Below the pieces are notes generated by a model, which did not search any database, was not told the origin of the DNA, and saw only the letters and a list, made by a program, of their open reading frames with translations. DNA of 20,000 nt from an uncultured virus (IMG/VR IMGVR_UViG_3300037422_000307) (taxonomy: Duplodnaviria > Heunggongvirae > Uroviricota > Caudoviricetes), in IMG/VR virus record IMGVR_UViG_3300037422_000307, positions 52,786 through 72,785 of that record. One strand, given 5' to 3'. The position numbers were made by a program, and so were the translations under genes. Positions 16,801-20,000 of this stretch are shown here, one piece after another (position 1 is the stretch's first letter; each line of letters starts with the position of its first letter).

Positions 16801-19800
16801 GGGGGTCCAGTACGGCGACACAATCACGATCGACACGTCGGTCGTGGGTGGTGGTCCTGTCACGCTGACGGCCAGCAACACGCAGACGCCGGGTGGCCTC
16901 GACTTTAACGTCGGGACCGCGGCTACGGGCACGATCGGCTTCAGCGGCGTCCGCGTGGCCTCGGCCGCTCCGTATCCCGTCGTGGCGGCGGACACGGTCA
17001 CGATCAACGGCAACGTGCTCACGCCCGTCGATGTCGCTCGTACCTCCGGTGCCGACGACTTCAACGCCGGCGTTCGCGCCACCACGATGCTGACCGTGGT
17101 CGTGACGGCGCTCCCGAGCACAGGTGTGCTCTACGGCGACACGATCACCATCGCCGGCATCCCGCTCACGGCCGACGATGTCACCACGCCCGGCGGTCTG
17201 AATTTCGATGCTGGCACACAAGCGACGGCTCTCATCACCGTGACGGCATCTCCGTCGTCGGCGACGATCACGATCGATACGGGCGCCATCGCGGGCGGTC
17301 CGTACGTCTTGACCCCGGCAGGCGGACCTCGCACGCCGGGCGCAGACGACTACGACAACACACTCGGCACGACGGCAGCCATCGCCGCGGACATCGCCGC
17401 GGCACTCAACGACCCGCTCAACTCGTTCGCAGCCTTCTCGAGCGCCGCGGTTGGTCCCGGTCCTGCTGACGTCACCGCCACCTGGACGGTTCCGGGCATG
17501 GCGGCCAACGCCGTCGCCAACCTGTCCTCCGACGGCACCGTGACGATCCCGGCGACGTTCGGCGGCGGTGTCGGAACCGAGATCACGACCGCGACGGCGA
17601 TCGTCGCGGCGATCCTCGATCCGCTCAACGGCATGACCGGCACCGTGCAGGCACACAACACGGGCGGCACGTCGGCTATCGTGAACATCCGGGCGATTAC
17701 TCCCGGCACCGGCGGTAACTCGATCTCGACCGTCTCGACCGCACCGGCGCGCCTCACATTCACCGGCGCGACGCTGGCGGGCGGCCTGGGCACGAATACG
17801 TCGGCGCGTGACGACGCACTCGCGGCCGTCAACGACGTGGCCAACTCGTTCGCGGTGGACGTTACGGCCACGTCCTCGGGCGCGACCACGCTCGTGCTCA
17901 CGGCTGTCACGCCCGGCGCGGTCGGCAACCTGCTCACCCTCAGCACAACCGCTCCCGGTCGCTTCACTCTTAGCGGCGCAACACTCACGGGTGGTGTGGG
18001 TGACGACATCTCAGCGGCAACGAGCCTCGTGGCGGCGATCGCTGACGCTGGCAACGGTCTTGTCGGAGGGGTCATTGCCGACAACTCTGGCGGCGCGTCG
18101 AACGTCGTCGACATTGACTCATTCACTCCCGGCCTCGTCGGCAACGGCATCACACTGATGGAGTCTACCGGCGCCACGAGGATCACCCTCTCCGCCGGCA
18201 CCCTGCTCGGTGGCATCGGTGACGACACCACCGTGGCGACGTCCCTCGGAGCGTCCATCGTCGCTTCTCTCCCGGCACTCGTCCTCACCGGCGTCGTCCT
18301 CGATGTCGTGACTGTCACGGCGGTGACACCGGGGAACGCGGGGAACACGATCGTCCTCCTGTCGAGTAGCGCGACACGACTCATCACCAGCGGCCCCACG
18401 CTGGCGGGTGGTATTGGCACCAACCTCACAGTGGCCAGCAGCATCGTTGCTGCCATCAACGATGCCGGCAACGGCCTCGCAGCCGCGGTGACGGCCGACA
18501 ATGAGGGGGGAACGGTCACGACGGTCACGGTCTGGGCGGACACCCCGGGCGTGATCGGCAACACCTACACGATCGCCTCGTCGACGGGCGTGCGCCTGCC
18601 GGTATCCGGCGCGAGTTTCGCCGGAGGGGGGACCACCGTCCAGGTGGCCACCTCGATCGTTGCGGCGATCTCCGATGCTGGCAATGGCCTCGTGGGCATC
18701 GTTACCGCGGACAATTCGAGTGGTACGTCGGCTGTCGTGGACATCACGGCTGCCGTTCCGGGCCCCTCGGGCAACTTCATCACCCTGGCCAGCTCGACGG
18801 CGATCCGTCTGCCGGTGTCCGGTGCGACGCTTACGGGCGGTTCTGGCCTCGGCGGCGGTGTGTGGGAGTTCCTTGATGCCGCGACGGTCGCTGAGGACTT
18901 CGCGATCCTGTGTGGTCTCTCGACCGACGCGTTGCCCGGCCAGGAACAGACGAAGGTCGTGGACGGTGACATCGCTCGTCGCTTCACGGTCTCCGGGGCT
19001 TCCGGTCGCCTGGTCTACGACCGGATCATCATGCGAAACCGAATCCTGCCGGGTTCCGGTTCTCTCGAGCCGCAGAGTCAGGTCGACCGCACGAATCTGA
19101 TCGTTCAGGGCACGAACGCTACGACGGAGACGGGTCTCGCGGCCAAGGCTGTGGGTCTCGCTGGCATCGAAGCCACTCTCCGGCCCGCGTCTCTGGTCGG
19201 CGAAGTCGGGTTCAAGGACGGACAGGTCGCAGCGGGCACGTTCGCGGATGCGCGCGACGGACAGCCGAGGGTTCGATTCTACGCTTCCGGTGGAGTGAAC
19301 CCCCAGAACAACGTCTGGAAGGTGAACATCGACGGTACGGCATTCACCGTCGTGTTCCGGGACGCCACCGGGGCAGCAATCCCGGCGGCGGGTCAAGCAG
19401 ACGTTCCTCTGGGTCCGATCTCGATCGCCAACACCGTGCTCCGGCAGATCCAGAATGCCGCGGTCGGGGCGGGCCTTCCGGCCTCCGTGGTCGCGCAGGA
19501 GGGGGCGAGCATCCGTCTCGTCAGCTCCGTGGTGACTCCGAGTTCGGCCATCACGATCGGCAACGGCAACGCCAACAACGTGCTTGGGTTCTCCGAGGGG
19601 GCCACAGCAGCGCGTTCGACGGTCGATCCAGAGCTGGTCGCGTCGGCCCTGATGATGCACCACAGCTCGACGATTAACGGGGCGATCCTGGACTACCAGG
19701 CACCCGACCTGACGTTCTTCGCGGCGCAGGCACTCGCAGGGGTCGAGCGCGACTTGACGGCCAGCGAGTTCCTGTTCATCGAGAGTCAGGCCAACAACAT

Positions 19801-20000
19801 CGTCGGCTTGGGCTCATCCTCGAACATCCTGTTCGACACCGCGACCACGGCTGACTGGCTGCTCACGGGCACTGGACTCGGGGTCACGAGCGGTCAGGGA
19901 GCCGCGGGCGAGACCGGGTTCCAGGGCTTCTTCGTCACGAGCAGCGACCCCGTCGACGGGTCGGGCTCGGCCAACACGTCGTGCTTCAACAACGGCGTGG
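13886..20000 (+). CDS. Giant tail sheath-like protein (partial, >2038 aa, runs off the window)
   Basis: ATG 13886 lies 1 nt after the endonuclease stop, with AAAGGA RBS at 13873-13878. N-terminus 'MPADFPGTIYSPPGVYTRTLFD...RIPVLIGTG' carries the sheath-type PGVY motif. No in-frame stop was found in the segments translated by hand, and absence from the ORF track is consistent with the frame being open to the end. The sheath C-terminal core is not in the window. Confidence 0.75.
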   Translation, partial: MPADFPGTIYSPPGVYTRTLFDSPVSGVLAGVRIPVLIGTGNELLQQQDLEVIRGSSSSVDQQVPQEDETGRAVVEITMTGEVILGDFNGERRRIQVRNYPITDGSGAGRTATDPSSILVTINGRPDVVLSVARADIGVIEISTAPVFGDDVRVTYFFKRTDTQTTDNLSNQVSTQGAILEGALGNAYEFTSSNNQFIVTVDFDQSATTQQVVTATFPTGSVTAATVVSLINGAAAGTSLVASTYTNNFGLTAVRLVADNDLLIGNGTANSVLGFTQNQNTRRNRTFFTFNGPIVDGSNGGITTTDTSKVTVRVNSVQVIPTEVDGQNRAVTLPFAPAVGDTVTIQYFFNTWQDTFDYLANINVTEVIRCGIVPGNSDFIEGADFVLKDDLIVWGAAFLVSPGITTPGAPPFGPTQISGLLIDNRWFLAEAEPVVDDTVIPAVENRLQFKLPVQPTTGNGRDTPLGQDVFLSVSNNRIDLPTNNPNLVKAYWGFGSEDALNRGPVAVTKVEGTVITLKDPVPVGATVFATFWYNIMVDEEYTVQVETSGPSGIGTYFLFDKNGNPIYTPKFGSKGPALTGVTIEFPSGSELTPDVHFEGGTSGPVEETVTVQFAEKDATIAKFTVPGAGPYFFVSGASDRARFTIDSSALAGGAAGIDLSAPHGIAGLGFYASLLGEEIQYTDDSGKTTYDILSGINDNVSFTVDGVVITTIVPSQTAVDADAYVEAINAEAKLVANNPFLDGTTRFLGSLTITAGRYDKLVFNYAGVTSGTTGPVTATIAPGTYTSPTTLAAAVDSALQTAIGALPAVFSGMDITTTANSDGQLRFTFSGTPTDLGTFATGTVTSALAVIGDTITIDGVTLTGDLAQTTGDQNFDTGQARATLIPMGVQPGDTFTIDAGGGPIVITALGSQTPGGLDFNEGTRATGTITVSGPIPGDTVTVDGQVFTGVEGVPAANQFDVGTRADGTATLTGVQYGDTITIDTSVVGGGPVTLTASNTQTPGGLDFNVGTAATGTIGFSGVRVASAAPYPVVAADTVTINGNVLTPVDVARTSGADDFNAGVRATTMLTVVVTALPSTGVLYGDTITIAGIPLTADDVTTPGGLNFDAGTQATALITVTASPSSATITIDTGAIAGGPYVLTPAGGPRTPGADDYDNTLGTTAAIAADIAAALNDPLNSFAAFSSAAVGPGPADVTATWTVPGMAANAVANLSSDGTVTIPATFGGGVGTEITTATAIVAAILDPLNGMTGTVQAHNTGGTSAIVNIRAITPGTGGNSISTVSTAPARLTFTGATLAGGLGTNTSARDDALAAVNDVANSFAVDVTATSSGATTLVLTAVTPGAVGNLLTLSTTAPGRFTLSGATLTGGVGDDISAATSLVAAIADAGNGLVGGVIADNSGGASNVVDIDSFTPGLVGNGITLMESTGATRITLSAGTLLGGIGDDTTVATSLGASIVASLPALVLTGVVLDVVTVTAVTPGNAGNTIVLLSSSATRLITSGPTLAGGIGTNLTVASSIVAAINDAGNGLAAAVTADNEGGTVTTVTVWADTPGVIGNTYTIASSTGVRLPVSGASFAGGGTTVQVATSIVAAISDAGNGLVGIVTADNSSGTSAVVDITAAVPGPSGNFITLASSTAIRLPVSGATLTGGSGLGGGVWEFLDAATVAEDFAILCGLSTDALPGQEQTKVVDGDIARRFTVSGASGRLVYDRIIMRNRILPGSGSLEPQSQVDRTNLIVQGTNATTETGLAAKAVGLAGIEATLRPASLVGEVGFKDGQVAAGTFADARDGQPRVRFYASGGVNPQNNVWKVNIDGTAFTVVFRDATGAAIPAAGQADVPLGPISIANTVLRQIQNAAVGAGLPASVVAQEGASIRLVSSVVTPSSAITIGNGNANNVLGFSEGATAARSTVDPELVASALMMHHSSTINGAILDYQAPDLTFFAAQALAGVERDLTASEFLFIESQANNIVGLGSSSNILFDTATTADWLLTGTGLGVTSGQGAAGETGFQGFFVTSSDPVDGSGSANTSCFNNGV
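16394..18841 (+). repeat. Protein-level nested repeat: 7 A half-domains (16394-17359) followed by 7 B half-domains (17360-18841)
   Basis: A consensus G-x-x-A-T-G-T-I-T...GDT(I/V)TIDG...LT...F(D/N)x. B consensus G-(T/D)...A-x-S-I-V-A-A-I-x-D...VTA...V-x-I-T-A-x-T-P-G-x-x-G-N-x-I-x-L...R...SGATL-x-GG. Confidence 0.85.

Noticed and set aside
16616..19663. Long reverse-strand ORFs (346, 404, 514 aa) with apparent repeats
   Set aside because: They mirror the repeat-rich sheath frame on the + strand, which has the coherent protein motifs and GC3 bias.
1..20000. Alternative genetic code (stop-codon reassignment) as in some jumbo phages
   Set aside because: Genes are full length under code 11, and TAG, TGA and TAA all end genes at sensible, tightly packed boundaries.
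5809..20000. Bacterial contractile injection system (eCIS/T6SS/tailocin) rather than phage
   Set aside because: Neck/head-closure-like genes, homing endonucleases, an intein and small hypothetical genes fit a phage better. No capsid gene is in the window, so this is not absolutely excluded.

Overview
Gene-dense, almost entirely + strand segment that reads as the virion-morphogenesis region of a large contractile-tailed (myovirus-like, probably jumbo) phage with high GC and the standard genetic code. In order: three paralogous fibre/decoration genes sharing a ~75-aa N-terminal domain, a DEDDh exonuclease-fold gene with degenerate catalytic motifs, a membrane-anchored phospholipase A2-like gene, small membrane/wHTH genes, an overlapping TM-coiled-coil plus lipoprotein pair (spanin-like), neck/tail-completion genes, an actin/MreB-fold ATPase interrupted by a 357-aa LAGLIDADG intein, a tail-terminator-like gene, an FmdB zinc-ribbon gene, a ~270-nt structured intergenic region with repeated motifs, and a free-standing GIY-YIG/NUMOD3 endonuclease. 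It ends with a giant tail-sheath-like ORF (13886 to beyond 20000, >2038 aa), which the ORF track omits because no stop falls in the window. The most striking feature lies inside that ORF: seven N-terminal domain halves followed by seven C-terminal halves (A1-A7 then B1-B7), whose sequence subtypes match only under nested pairing, implying a seven-level 'Russian-doll' recursive domain insertion. All product calls come from motif recognition by eye; no database searches were run.
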